This document shows positions 1 to 13,277 of a DNA stretch of 64,000 nt, one piece after another (positions within the stretch are counted from its first letter, which is position 1; every line of letters starts with the position of its first letter). Below the pieces are notes generated by a model. That model had not been told where the DNA came from, made no database searches, and was given only the letters and a program-made list of their open reading frames with translations. The position numbers were made by a program, and so were the translations under genes. The DNA comes from Octopus vulgaris (taxonomy: Eukaryota), in the NCBI GenBank assembly GCA_951406725.2, contig OX597839.1, positions 22,692,001 through 22,756,000 on the forward strand, written 5' to 3'.

Positions 1-156
1 ACATACATACATACATACATGCATACATACATACATACATGCATACATACATACATACATACATGCATACATACATACATACATACATGCATGCATGCAT
101 GCATACATACATGCATACATACATACATACATACATATATACATACACATACATAA

Positions 157-187
<31 letters not shown>

Positions 188-266
188 CATACACATACAT
201 AAATACATACATACATACATACATACATACATACATACATACATGCATACATACATACATATATAT
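1..266. repeat. (CATA)n tetranucleotide microsatellite
   Basis: Direct reading: acatacatac... with occasional catg variants; it explains ORF 39..278. Confidence 0.97.
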
Positions 267-341
267 TTATCTGGATGAAAAATTTGATCATTATAAGAAC
301 TAATTCATTAAATGGATTATGGATTTCAATAAATGTCATGA

Positions 342-443
342 AATGAAACGAAGCAGATTTTATTGTTAACGATGGATTATCCAATTGTTCATTTGAATAA
401 TTGAATAATCCCTCATTAACAACAAAATCTGCTTCGTTTCATT
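342..443. repeat. ~50-bp-arm inverted repeat (hairpin), probably the end of a transposable element
   Basis: aatgaaacgaagcagatttt...gttca tt tgaataatt...aaaatctgcttcgtttcatt. The arms match at about 45/50 positions with a 2-nt loop. Confidence 0.85.
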
Positions 444-638
444 ATATTTGATTAATTGAACTCTAATTAATTAATGCTTATAATGGCCATTTGCTTATAC
501 ATCTATACATATAAATACACACATGATGGGCTTCTTTCAGTTTCTGTCTACACAAATCCTCTCACAAGCCTTTGGTCAGCCTGGGGCTCTTGTAGAAGAC
601 CCTTGCACGAATACCAAAGTATGCTTCCATGGAACGAC

Positions 639-1426
639 CTCTTTACTCTTTACTCTTTTACTTGTTTCAGTCATTTGACTGCGGCCATGCTGGAGCACTG
701 CCTTTAGTCGAGCAAATCGACCCCGGGACTTATTCTTTTGTAAGCCCAGTACTTATTCTATCGGTCTCCTTTGCCGAAGCGCTAAGTAACGAGGACATAA
801 ACACACCAGCATCGATTGTCAAGCAATGCTAGGGGGACAAACACAGACACACACACTTATATATATACTAGCAGTATCGCCCGGCGTTGCTCAGGTTTGT
901 AAGGGAAATAACTATAAAGCATTTTTAGAGAGTGATAGCCAAAAAATAGCAAAAAAATGGGAAAAAATGATGGTAAATTTTTTTTGAGATTTAAAAAAGG
1001 TGGAGTTGCGTCCCCTAGACAGTTTGTGGTTTGTGTTTCTGATTCTCGACCCCATGTCGAATTTATCGATTTTTTCAGAACTGGGGGAACTTTTCAAAAT
1101 TTTCGCTGCGTTAGTTTTGAATTATGACATTGGGCTATGTGTGTGTCAAGTTTCATCAGAATCGGTTGAAAGCCGTGGTCAGGGTGAGGGTACAACCTGA
1201 CAGACACACAGAAACCCGCACAGACAAACTGCCGTTTATATAGAGAGAGATATACATATATACGACAGGCTTCTTTCAGTTTCCGTCTACCAAATCCACT
1301 CACAAGGCATTGGTCGGCCCGAGGCTATAGCAGAAGACACTTGCCCAAGATGCCACGCAATGGGACTGAACCCGGAACCATGTGGTTGGTTAGCAAGCTA
1401 CTTACCACACAGCCACTCCTGCGCCT
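639..1426 (-). mobile_element. tRNA-derived SINE family A, full length, interrupted by a Helitron at 868-1250
   Basis: On the minus strand: head ggcgcaggagtggctgtgtggtaag (A box), ggttcagtccc (B box), CORE-like ttgggcaagtgtctt, internal TA/TG tract and (gtaaaaga)-type tail. More than 15 related copies occur in the window. Confidence 0.92.
868..1250 (-). mobile_element. Non-autonomous Helitron (5' type 1)
   Basis: Minus strand starts TC and ends CTAG, inserted between A and T with no TSD. It has a subterminal GC hairpin near the 3' end and is near-identical to 10356-10720. Confidence 0.9.
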
Positions 1427-1609
1427 ATAGCACTTTCACACAAAAATAGTGAAAGCATCACAGACCAGCAAACTGCTAATGGTTCCACGATATTTAGACA
1501 AAATGGAAGCACCAGCAGTTATTTACTATTAATGTCCATGTCAATGGGTGGTGGTGGTGGTGGTGAAACAAACAGAGAAATAGTGTCCAGTACATGACTG
1601 GTATTTATT

Positions 1610-1799
1610 GGCACGTAAAATGCACCCACTACACTCGCGGAGTGGTTGGCGTTAGGAAGGGCATCCAGATGTAGGAACCCATGCCAAATCAGACCGGAGC
1701 CTGGTGCAGCCCCTGGCTTCCCAGACCCCGGTCGAACCCTCCAACCCATGCTAGCGCGGAAAACGGACGTTAAACTATGATGATGATGATGATGATGAT
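1610..1799 (+). mobile_element. Family C SINE/LINE 3' segment with (GAT)n tail (RTE-type tail)
   Basis: ggcacgtaaaa..gcacccactacactc..ggttggcgttaggaagggcatccag...ggacgttaaac(gat)n. About a dozen copies occur in the window. Confidence 0.85.
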
Positions 1800-2232
1800 T
1801 GATGGAGGAGAGGCAAATATGCCTTGATGGGGTTTGATCTCACACCCTGAAGAACTACAACTAAATAAATACAAGCTTTTCCACTGTTTTAAGATGGTCT
1901 TACTCATTCTTTTGGCTTTTGTCTTTCTATTGGAACAATGGATGCAGCCAAAGCTAAGAGAGCGGGAGTAAATTGAAAGAATTGTTTGAGTATCAAACAA
2001 GATACTGTGTGTGTGAGTTCAAATCCTACTGAGGGATTCAGATCTTGCCATTGGCCATGGAACTAACCACCTGACCATCAGACTCCAGAGAGGGTGATGA
2101 AATTTGCAATGAGTAACAGAAAAGATGTAGCTGTCTGCTATGGCAAACAAACGACGACGACGACGATGATGATGATGATGATGCTGATTGCCATGTTTGT
2201 TTGTTTTTGTTCTTTTGTTTTCATTGTATATA

Positions 2233-2463
2233 TATTTCTTTACTGCCCACAAGGGGCTAAACATAGAAGGAACAAACAAGGACAGACAAACGGATTAAGT
2301 CGATTATATCGACCCCAGTGCGAAACTGGTACTTTATTTATCGACCCCGAAAGGATGAAAGGCAAAGTCGACCTCGGCGGAATTTGAACTCAGAACGTAA
2401 CGACAGACGAAATACCGCGAAGCATTTCGCCCGGTGCGCTAACGTTTCTGCCAGCTCGCCACC
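2233..2463 (-). mobile_element. tRNA-derived SINE family B (tail type 1)
   Basis: On the minus strand: ggcgagctggcagaaacgttagc head, gagttcaaattcc B box, and central gcctttcatcctttcggggtcgataaataaagtaccag domain, which resembles from memory a conserved SINE central domain such as Meta. The tail is ...gggcagtaaagaaata. Confidence 0.9.
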
Positions 2464-2628
2464 ATTTTCATTGTATATATGTGTGTGCATGTGTGTGTGT
2501 GGTGGGGGATACATCATGTTGTCCCCTGTTTTGTGTTGGTTTATCTATTTCGGTTGTAGTGTACTTGTAAATTTTGATGTTAGCTCTTGGAATGCTTCTC
2601 ATAAATATATCTGTAAGTGTACAATATC

Positions 2629-2669
<41 letters not shown>

Positions 2670-3713
2670 GTGACAGTGAGAGTATATCTACATGTAGCTC
2701 TGCATTAATGTACCCCCATACACACACACACACACACACACATCCACATGGAAAGCCCCAGCACACAATCGCCCAATATCTCATCTAATTCACATGAAAC
2801 AGCTGTTCCATGTTAGGCTCTAATATATATCTACTTCCCCAGTGTCATATTCTCCACCACAGATACCATTCAGCTCTCATACATCTGCCGCTGCCGCTGC
2901 CGTTTTCAGAAATGTCAAGATAATCTGATAATCTACAATATGCTTTTGAATCTCTCTTTTACTGTCTTCTAAGAATCTATAATTCCTGTTTTGTCTGTTG
3001 ATTCTTTATGGGGTTTTTTCCCCCACCCTTCTAACCCAAACACAGTCACACTCTGATGAAGACGTGGAGCCAGAACAGTTTATTGCTGCTGTTGTTGTTG
3101 TTGTTGTTGTTGTTGTTGATAAATCTCCAGTTTTCTATATGGCTGTGGAATGTTACCTGGGGTTTCTTAAATTTGTATTCTAGCATTAATAGATAATGGT
3201 TACCAATTACTTAACAGTGGAATGAAAATGTTATTTTTTTTTATTTTCTATCTAAATGGAATGCCAGAGTAAAAAGGCAAGATGTCTGCATGGAAATTAC
3301 CTAGTGACGTCATCTGCACAAAAAAAAAAAATAACAGTCAAGTTCTTCAGATTACTTTATCAAAAGCAATGCTTATTTACTCACATTGTTTTGAACTAAT
3401 CATGCATTGTAGTAAAGATTATTTGCCAACATAACATGGGGCAGTCCTGGTTTAGGACGAATGTTGCTGTAATTTAGCCCCAGGAGACGTCATCTCCAGC
3501 TGGCTATACAACACGATCTGTGTCCTTATATTTTCAAACAAGTGGTTAGAGCCTGATGCTCTGACCACTGACCAATGTGCCTTAGCATCAAGGTTTTGTT
3601 TGTCCATTAAATGCCAAGCCTTGCCCTTTGCACTGTATCCCTCTCTCTCTCTCTCTCAAAAAACCCCTGACTTATGACTAAACCTCCTTCTTGATCTTCT
3701 GATCGCACTAAAC

Positions 3714-4345
3714 AAATTTAGGAAGAACGATGCCATTCCAGTCATAAAAGATGGTCAACATCACCTTCACATCTGAACTAATTTGATGAGTTTATCTTTT
3801 TGCCCCAGCAATGAGAACCTGATCCGAGCCACCCTTATTATTTCAATGTTTCAATCCCAACACAATAATCCTACATCCAAGTTTTCACTCTCTGTCACTG
3901 TCTTGGGAACGAAATTGGATTAGGGATACAAACTCTGCCCCAAAATTTTATATAAACCTGGGTTTATTGTTTTCTTTTTTTTTCATCTTCTTTGAGAAGA
4001 AACCTAACTCTGAGCTACTTTTTACAGATCCCTCTTTATTCCCTGTTTTCTAAACATGAGAAAAGTAGGGATACAAATTTTAATTTTGCACCCACCAAAA
4101 ATTTTAGGGGTTGCACTTGCCCTTCCTGTTCCCAGGGTCATGCCCCCTCTTACAGCAACTTCTCAGCAAGTCCTCATCAGTATTCAACCAATCACCTCCT
4201 TCCCTGATGGTCATGTGTTTCTCTCGTTCCTCGTCTCTCAAAACACAAAGCAACATGAGATGGCTTTCATATTGATCTTGTAAAATCATGTGGCACAAAG
4301 GGTTTGCACAGCCCCTACTTCTGCGGAAATGTCCGCCACAACCAG
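3714..4345 (-). pseudogene. Highly degenerate mariner (Tc1/mariner) transposase fragment, interrupted by a ~250-bp insertion at ~3912-4160
   Basis: Minus-strand translation with frameshifts gives VADISAEVG..CHMILQD..LRDEEREKHMTI..DEDLLRS / KTVTESE.WM*DY / KTHQISSDVKVMLTIFYDWNGIVLPKF. This matches the mariner motifs TGDETWVYGYD and KARQVRSNVKVMLTVFFD..GVVH.EF. Confidence 0.65.
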
Positions 4346-4682
4346 ATGGCAATTCCCATGCAATGCAGTAGACACTCTTACAATGTGGACGACTGACCAA
4401 ATTTTGCCAATAAATCACTCAGGACATTACGTTTAGCTCAAACGATCCTCTGTGTGTGATTCTTGCAACATTCTCCCCCCCCATAATGCACATACATTAT
4501 ACATACACACACACACATATATATATGAGAGAGAGAGGAAGAGAGAGAATGTGTGTTGTGAGTGTATATGCATGTATATATATATATTTATATATACATA
4601 CATATATATATATGTTTATATATATATATATATATCTGCCATTAAAATTATGTATTTGTATGCATATCTATGTATGTATGTA

Positions 4683-4724
<42 letters not shown>

Positions 4725-4742
4725 ATATATGTGTATACATAC

Positions 4743-4799
<57 letters not shown>

Positions 4800-5906
4800 T
4801 ATATATGTGTATACATACATATATATATGTATATATATATATGTATGTATGTATGTATACACATACACAAACATCCAAATGGAATGGTAAGCCAATTCCA
4901 AGATCAGGATGATGTTATTCTATCCCGTTGATGTTTAAATTACGAGAGAACATTGGTAGTTAGCCACCAGGAGTTCTCTTATTTGGGAAATTCAAAGAAT
5001 GCATGCACACGCACACACACACACACACACACACTAAATGTTAAAACAAAAACTCAGAAAATTCAGGAATTTTGGGCTCGAAGTAAAGACCTCCCCTCCA
5101 ACCCCCATTTTATGTCAGTTCCCCAACTGCAATCCTGTAAGGAAGACTAAAAATATGTCAAACTTTTAACAAATTCACAAGAATAGATTGTTGTGGAAAT
5201 TGTGGTTAAGAGTTTCTGTTTCTGAATTTGACTAAAAGAACATTTCTTCCTTGAGGGGAGCCTGGCCCCGACTTTGGTGAAGGGAGGAAATTAAATGGAT
5301 TAGAAATAAAGCATCCAAACGTTATGCCCTTCATACACACCAACACATTCAGGACACACACAGACACACACACACACACACACTTACGCACAAACATAAT
5401 AGCACACTTATGCACAAACATATAGACACACATGTATATATACATACATATAAACATATATATGTGTGTATAGACATATATGCATATATATATGTATAGA
5501 CACACACACACACACATTATATATATATATTACTATATGCCCAACACATCTGCAAACATACAATTTCTGTAACTATTAAGTGACTTATCTTGTTCCTTTT
5601 AAGACAATACACACACACACACATACGTATGCTGACAAAGCTATACATAATATATATTTTCACATATGCACACACACACACATATATAAATATATACCTT
5701 CCTACGGTCCTAGATGCCTATCTACCTATGTACATACATACATACATACATACGAGATACTGGAAGTGAATCATGATGGAAAGAGACACATCTGCTTGCA
5801 GTGACAGAAAGCAAGAGATGAGAGATTATGTGGGATTTGATTAATATAGCAAAACATTTTAGGTGTAGTTACACACACACGCACACATAAACGTGTTTAT
5901 GTATGT

Positions 5907-6422
<516 letters not shown>

Positions 6423-7052
6423 CGTGTGTGTGTGTGTGTGTGTGGAGAAATGGTAGAAGTGATGTCTTAGTAGTCAGGATATGGCAGTATACATTAGTGT
6501 GTGGCGTTTTGATGCTGGAATCCCAGTAGTATCGTATCTCCTGGCACAGGATGCAAGTTTTGTAATTATTCAAAAGAAATGATGCTTTCGCAGAAAGGAA
6601 GTATTCCGTTAGCATGAAATACATCCTGGCCCAAATATATACACAACACGGGCTGGAACTGCAGTGTCAGTGAATTTATGCTCCTAACGGCTACAGGGAG
6701 AAGGATGTTTTCACAAGAGAGAAGAACTCATAGTCATATGGTATACGTATGTGTATGTGTGTGTGTGTGTGTGTATTTAAGGTGTGTGTGAATCGTTGGC
6801 TGGCTGGCTGGAAATTGGGGTATAATTATGATAAATTTGTGTAGATAGATGCATAATTGTGATTGCGTGGATGTAGAATGGTATGTATTATTTATATAAA
6901 GTGTATGGGACTGCTTAAGGAGATATACATGATGCCTGTGTATACCATATGGTCCTCTGTAAACACCTGTATTTCACTAACCCATATATATACATGTATG
7001 TTTATATATGTGTATTTAAATGTATATATATATTTTTATCCAAATATGTATG

Positions 7053-7099
<47 letters not shown>

Positions 7100-7110
7100 A
7101 ATATGTACAT

Positions 7111-7141
<31 letters not shown>

Positions 7142-7258
7142 CATATATATATATTTATGTATAAACACATTCATATATATATATATATATATACATATAT
7201 ATATTTATGTATATACACATATTCATATATATGTATGTATATATATATTTATGTATAT

Positions 7259-7304
<46 letters not shown>

Positions 7305-7953
7305 CTCTATCAATACGTCTATCCTCAGATGTTATGCTAAACGGGTGCAGAGAAGGCAAAATGTTTTCTTACAAAGCAGACATTCGCGTCTAAATGACAT
7401 TTTGAATATAAAAAGAAATTTAAAATCTTTTTTTTTTGCTTTTTTTTTTTATATCTCTTGAGTAATTTGTCACATCCACCCCCCACCCCCCACCAAACCA
7501 GTTCATAAATTTATAAGTTCAAGAAATATTTAAAATAATGATAGACCTTTCCACCACTGAATTACTGCTGATGGGACTGAAAAAAAAAAAAAAGAATATT
7601 CCTTGTTTAATTTTAATCCTTAAGATTATTCATCACTAGATATTAGCATCAGCTTTGTTTTTGCCGTCATCACCGTCATCATCATTTCCATGTCCATTTC
7701 TGTACACTTTGACAGGTTGGACAGGTCATCTCCAGTACAGCACATCATGTGTAACAACCCTTTGTCCTCTCTCTACTGACCTTCCTAAGCTCAGTTTCCA
7801 CAATTTCTGTCCATGTCTTCCTTGGTTTTCCTCTTCCATTTGCATCTCTTGGCACTTTTTCACCCATCTGTCATCTTCTTTATCTGTCACACATCCCATG
7901 TCAACTCAGTCGCCCACCTTGTATCTTACATCTGATCCTCCTTGTACTTACAA

Positions 7954-8118
7954 TAAGTACCAGATATGTACTTGGAAAAAGTACCGTATCTGCCTAGAAT
8001 TAGTATCAGATATCTACTTGGGATAAGTATGAAATATGTCCTCAGAGTTGGGTACTTGGTTAGGTTCTTTGAATAATTACCAGAGGTGTACTCAGAACGA
8101 GTACAGATATATCTCTGG
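7954..8118. repeat. Degenerate ~24-bp minisatellite (aagtaccagatatgtacttggaat-like)
   Basis: aagtaccagatatgtacttgg / aagtaccgtatctgcctaga / tagtatcagatatctacttggg / aagtatgaaatatgtcctcag / aattaccagaggtgtactcag / gagtacagatatatctctgg. Confidence 0.65.
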
Positions 8119-8202
8119 CCAACTTCAGTCAAATATATTTCCTTGAATGTTTCATCCAAATCCATCCAGTGGTTCTTGAGATATCTTGTCCATGGACAAA
8201 CA

Positions 8203-8691
8203 TCATCATCATTGTTCGACCGTGGTCGAGACAATGGAATTTACCATGCTACACCAGACTTTACGGTCCATCATAGCATTACGGAGGTCCTGTTGCTGGA
8301 TGCCTGTATCCCTGGAGATTACATCAGGGTAGGAGAGTGTGCGCCCTCTGGTATTGTGAGCAGATGGCTTCCAGAGGAGAAGAGTAGAAATTGCCTTGTT
8401 TTCAGCTCTACAACAATGTCCAGGAAACTGGACTCTTCTACCTTTCACAAGAGATGACACAGGTGATAGTTTCCCATATATTTGCATTTTGGTTGGATGA
8501 CGCTTCTATGAGAGATTTTGAGCTCTCATAGGGAGGCGAGTGTAGGTTCCATCCAACCGCCTCTCAAGCTTCTTTGATAATGTCCAGGTTTCTGAGCCAT
8601 ATAGTAGAATTGGTTCGACTGTGGCCTTGAAGATTTCAAGTTTGAAGTCTCTACTTAGATTTGATGACCAGATCTTATGCCTGTCATTGTT
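8203..8691 (-). mobile_element. 5'-truncated RTE-clade non-LTR retrotransposon (ORF C-terminus, pseudogenised)
   Basis: Translation HKIWSSNLSRDFKLEIFKATVEPILLYGSETWTLSKKLERRLDGTYTRLPMRAQNLS*KRHPTKMQIYGKLSPVSSLVKGRRVQFPGHCCR...LLLWKP...GR...MMDRKVW carries the RTE YGSETW, GH..R and DR..W motifs. It has a (GAT)n tail and a 10-bp TSD tggacaaaca at 8193-8202 and 8692-8701. Confidence 0.93.
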
Positions 8692-8721
8692 TGGACAAAC
8701 AAACAGACAAATAATAATAAT

Positions 8722-8771
<50 letters not shown>

Positions 8772-8772
<1 letters not shown>

Positions 8773-8975
8773 CCTTTCTACTATATGTACAAGTCCTGAA
8801 ATTTTGGTGGAAGGAGGTAGTTGATTACATGGACCCCAGTACTCAACTGGTACTTATTTCACTGGCCATGAAAGAATGAAAGGCAACGTTAACCTCAGCG
8901 GAATTTGAACTCAGAAGATGCGGACAGATGAAATGCCACCCAGCGTGCTAACGATTCTGTCAGCTCACCACTACC
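8772..8975 (-). mobile_element. SINE family B (tail type 2, ...agtagaaagga(tta)n) embedded in (AAT)n
   Basis: Diverged match to the family B head and core, flanked on both sides by (aat)n. Confidence 0.85.
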
Positions 8976-8978
8976 ATG

Positions 8979-9045
<67 letters not shown>

Positions 9046-9580
9046 GACAAGGTTTTTTTTTTTGGATTATACTGTCAAGGAAAAGTTAATACTGATTTTA
9101 AGTAGCGAAAATTTTCTAGAACACAAGATACGCATACTGGAGTTGAAGTCTCTATTTTTTTTTGTATTTTTTATTTCATTTTTTAGTTGTTTCCCCCACT
9201 AATTTCCAGATACGGTTCCCTCAACCAAGCCAGGACCATTTTCTAACCTGATTTAGTTGTTTAAGTGCAGCTGGATAAAGCAGTTATTAAATCTGTTAAT
9301 CACGATAAGATCTGTGCTATTAAAACTGTTTTTAATCTGTTGCTTGCTGCTCATCTGGCCATAAAATCTTTGCTATCTCTGCTCTAAGAGTTTGCTGTGA
9401 GCGAATTAAGAGTTTACCATAATATGCCAAGAGAATTCTTTATATAATGTAATGAAGCCGTTGGTTACCGTAGTGATGTCGGAAAGATAGCTCTTATCCA
9501 ATTTTATCAGAATAATTATAGCAGAGTGTAGGAGACGAGGATTCTTGTACAGTCCTACAGAGTGCTTTAAACTGGAACCA

Positions 9581-9985
<405 letters not shown>

Positions 9986-10355
9986 ACTACTTGTGGTATA
10001 CTTTGACTTGTAACTGTCGTGTGTGTGTGTGTGTGCATAGCTATTTCATTTTAAGCTAAGAAGCAGTGCATGGTGCCAGAATTTTTGACTCGAGTCAAAT
10101 ATAAATAAAAAAAACTACACCAAACGATTGTTAGGGTATTCAGTTAAGTGTAGGCTGGATTGACGAGTTTGCACTGGCATCGGGGTCATATAAGTTGTAA
10201 TAATGAAGACAAACCAAACAGTGACATTTGGAAACACTTTAACTGAGGAAGATCTTACACACTGGATGCATTTCCTTGTATGTATCATGCATACCAGAAA
10301 CATGCATATTAAATGATTTCAAAATATCATTGTTTGGTTTCACTTCATTATTATA

Positions 10356-10720
10356 TCTCTCTATATATAAACGGCAGTTTGTCTGTCTGCGTGTCTGTCA
10401 AGTTGTACCCTCACCCTGACCACGGCTTTCAACCGATTCTGATGAAACTTGACACACACATAGCCCAATGTCATAATTCAAAACTAACGCAGCGAAAATT
10501 TTGAAAAGTTCCCCCAGCTCTGAAAAAAATCGATAAATTCGACATGGGGTCGAGAATCAGAAACACAAACCACAGACTGTCTAGGGGACGCAACTCGACC
10601 TTTTTAACTCTCAAAAAAATTTACCATAATTTTTTTCCCATTTTTTTGGCTATAACTCTCAAAAAATGCTTTATAGTTATTTCCCTTACAAACCCGAGCA
10701 ACGCCGGGCTATACTGCTAG
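10356..10720 (+). mobile_element. Non-autonomous Helitron (5' type 1)
   Basis: a|TCtctctatatataaacggc ... cccgagcaacgccggg (hairpin) ctatactgCTAG|t. It has canonical TC...CTAG ends, an A/T target and no TSD. Confidence 0.93.
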
Positions 10721-11744
10721 TCTCATATATACACAGAGATTAGCGGCATAAGTTGTAACAATTATACATCAATTGAAAGTGTAATGCTAGAACTCAAAAT
10801 AAATGAAATGTTGTGGGTGTATATTAGCACAAAGTATCCTGTTCAGGGTACGTGTCAATATAAAGTGCAGAATTAAGGGTATGTACTAGCAGAAATGTCG
10901 TGTTAAGGGTAGCAATGTAATTTCAGGTGTAACACCCTTCTCTGTAATAAAGCAACAAGAGAGAAATTATCAGGAAAAACTTCTAATGAATTCAGAAAAG
11001 ATGGCAGAAGGTAGGTGAAGGTGTATCTCTGTGTGGCTTGGCACTTGGCAACTTGAGGGTTCCTGGTTCTATCTTACAACAAGGTACCATGAGCTGGGAC
11101 CAGAGACTTAGGTTTGATTATATTCCACAAATTAAGCTGTGGTCAAGCTGAGGTGTAAGAAGGAGGCAACCAGGTGAAAAGGGTACAACATACTGGGATT
11201 GAACCAAGAACTACAGGGATGCAAAAGCAAGCTCCTTAACCACACAACCAAGCCTGCACCCATCTTTTATCCTTTACTTGTTTCAGTCATAAGACTGTGA
11301 CCATACTGGGGCAACAATTTGAAGAATTTTTAGTCAAACAAATTGACCGCAGTAGTTTTTTAAAACCTGGTACTTATTCTATCGGTCTCTTTTGCTGAAC
11401 TGCTAAGTCACAGAGACATAAACACACAAACATCAGTTGTGAAATGGTGGTTGTGGGGGGACAAAGATGCAAAGAACATACACACTTGTTATATATGTGT
11501 ATGTGTGTGTGTGTGTGTGTGTGTGCGCGAGATTATGCATACACACATATCATCATCATCATCATCATCATCATTTAATGTCTGTTGTCTATGCTGGCAT
11601 GAGTTGGACACTTTGACCAGGACTGGCAAGCTGTAAGATTGTACCAGACTCCCGTCTGATTCGGCATGGTTTCTATGGCTGGATGCCCTTCCTAATGCCA
11701 ACCACTCCGAGAGTATGGGATGTGTATGTGTGTATATATATATA

Positions 11745-11963
11745 CTTTATTTTAAGCAGCAGAAAATTCAACAAAATCTGTTACTCTGAGTTTCTTGTAT
11801 TTCATCAGACAGTTTTTGCTAGAATCTAGCAAAAACTGTCTGATGAATTATAGAAACTCAGAGTAACAGATTTTGTGAATTTTCTGCTGCTTAAAATAAA
11901 GCATATTACTCTACCACTGGTATTTGAGTACTCTTTTTCCACCTTGTTTCACATTTATGTGTT

Positions 11964-11967
<4 letters not shown>
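11745..11967. mobile_element. Penelope-like element terminus in inverted (palindromic) arrangement, carrying hammerhead-ribozyme-like cores
   Basis: Near-perfect palindrome 11745-11901 centred at 11824, followed by a unique 3' extension and inserted in (TA)n. It contains CTGATGA...GAAAC...GTA. A related copy lies at 41519-41685. Confidence 0.75.
11832..11874 (+). ncRNA. Minimal type I hammerhead ribozyme-like motif (helix II degenerate)
   Basis: aaaactgt-CTGATGA-attata-GAAA-ctcagag-TA-acagatttt. Helix I is ctgt/acag, helix III is the palindromic actc-a-gagt, and cleavage is predicted after GUA (11865). Confidence 0.55.
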
Positions 11968-12034
<67 letters not shown>

Positions 12035-12102
12035 TGTATGTATGTATTTATATATGTATGTATGTATGTATATATATATATATATGTATGTATTTATATA
12101 TG

Positions 12103-12145
<43 letters not shown>

Positions 12146-12802
12146 TTATATATGTATGTATATATATATATATACACACATACTTGCAAGGCTTTGATCA
12201 GCTTAAGACTATAGCAGAAGACACTTGCCCAAGGTGCCATGTGGTGATGGGACTGAACCCAGAACCATATGGTTGGGAAGCAAGCCCTCCTACCACACGG
12301 TCATACCTGCACCTATATAAATACATTGAAAGTAAGAATGTGCTCATAAATACACACACACATCTGTACATATATAGCCACAGCCATATTGCAATAAAGA
12401 GAAAAAGCTATTCAGCCGGGAGTGGAAGGGAAATATTTATCTTCTATATGAAGAACATCAGAAATGATGGCTGCTAGGGTTACATTGGACAGGAAACGTG
12501 AAGTAGAGGTGGTAAATGCTTAGGTAATTGTACACTAAGTGGCGTATGGTATTAAAGCTGATGACTACGGCACTAAGATGCTATCGGTGATTATGTTTTG
12601 GGATGGTAATATTTCAGGTTTATTATAATAGGAAATGAACACGGTGCGGCAGAATGAGGCCCCACTGAAACAGGAGAACAAGATAACAGGATTATACTGA
12701 TGAAAATTTGGCTTTAAATACATTGTTATGTCTGCTGAAAGGTGGTGGGGGGAGCATTAGTTAATACAGTGTGTCTTGTAGGTAAACTTTCAATTCTCTC
12801 CC

Positions 12803-12835
<33 letters not shown>

Positions 12836-13225
12836 ACTTATGTATGTATATGTATATAAATATGTCTATAAATGTATTGTAAGGGATTACTCCAAACATT
12901 TATGTAAAACTGTATATATAAAAGAATTAAAGATAATGTTATGCGACTTCATAATAATCCTAATTATTATCATTATATATATTATATACATACATGCACT
13001 TAGAAATACATACATGCATATATATATATACACATATATATGTATATATAAAAAACAAATGAAAGACAGAAGATGGAATATATGAGAATATATTATTAAT
13101 CACAACAATTGTTTCGACACATTTAGTATCGATTCCTCTAGGTGGGACACTCACCAACTGGTGTAAACCATTCGGTTTATTATCCATATATGTATATGTG
13201 TGTGTGCATGTGTGTGTATGCATAT

Positions 13226-13277
<52 letters not shown>

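Noticed and set aside
3052-3090. CTGATGA hammerhead-like start
   Set aside because: There is no downstream GAAA/helix III/UH arrangement.
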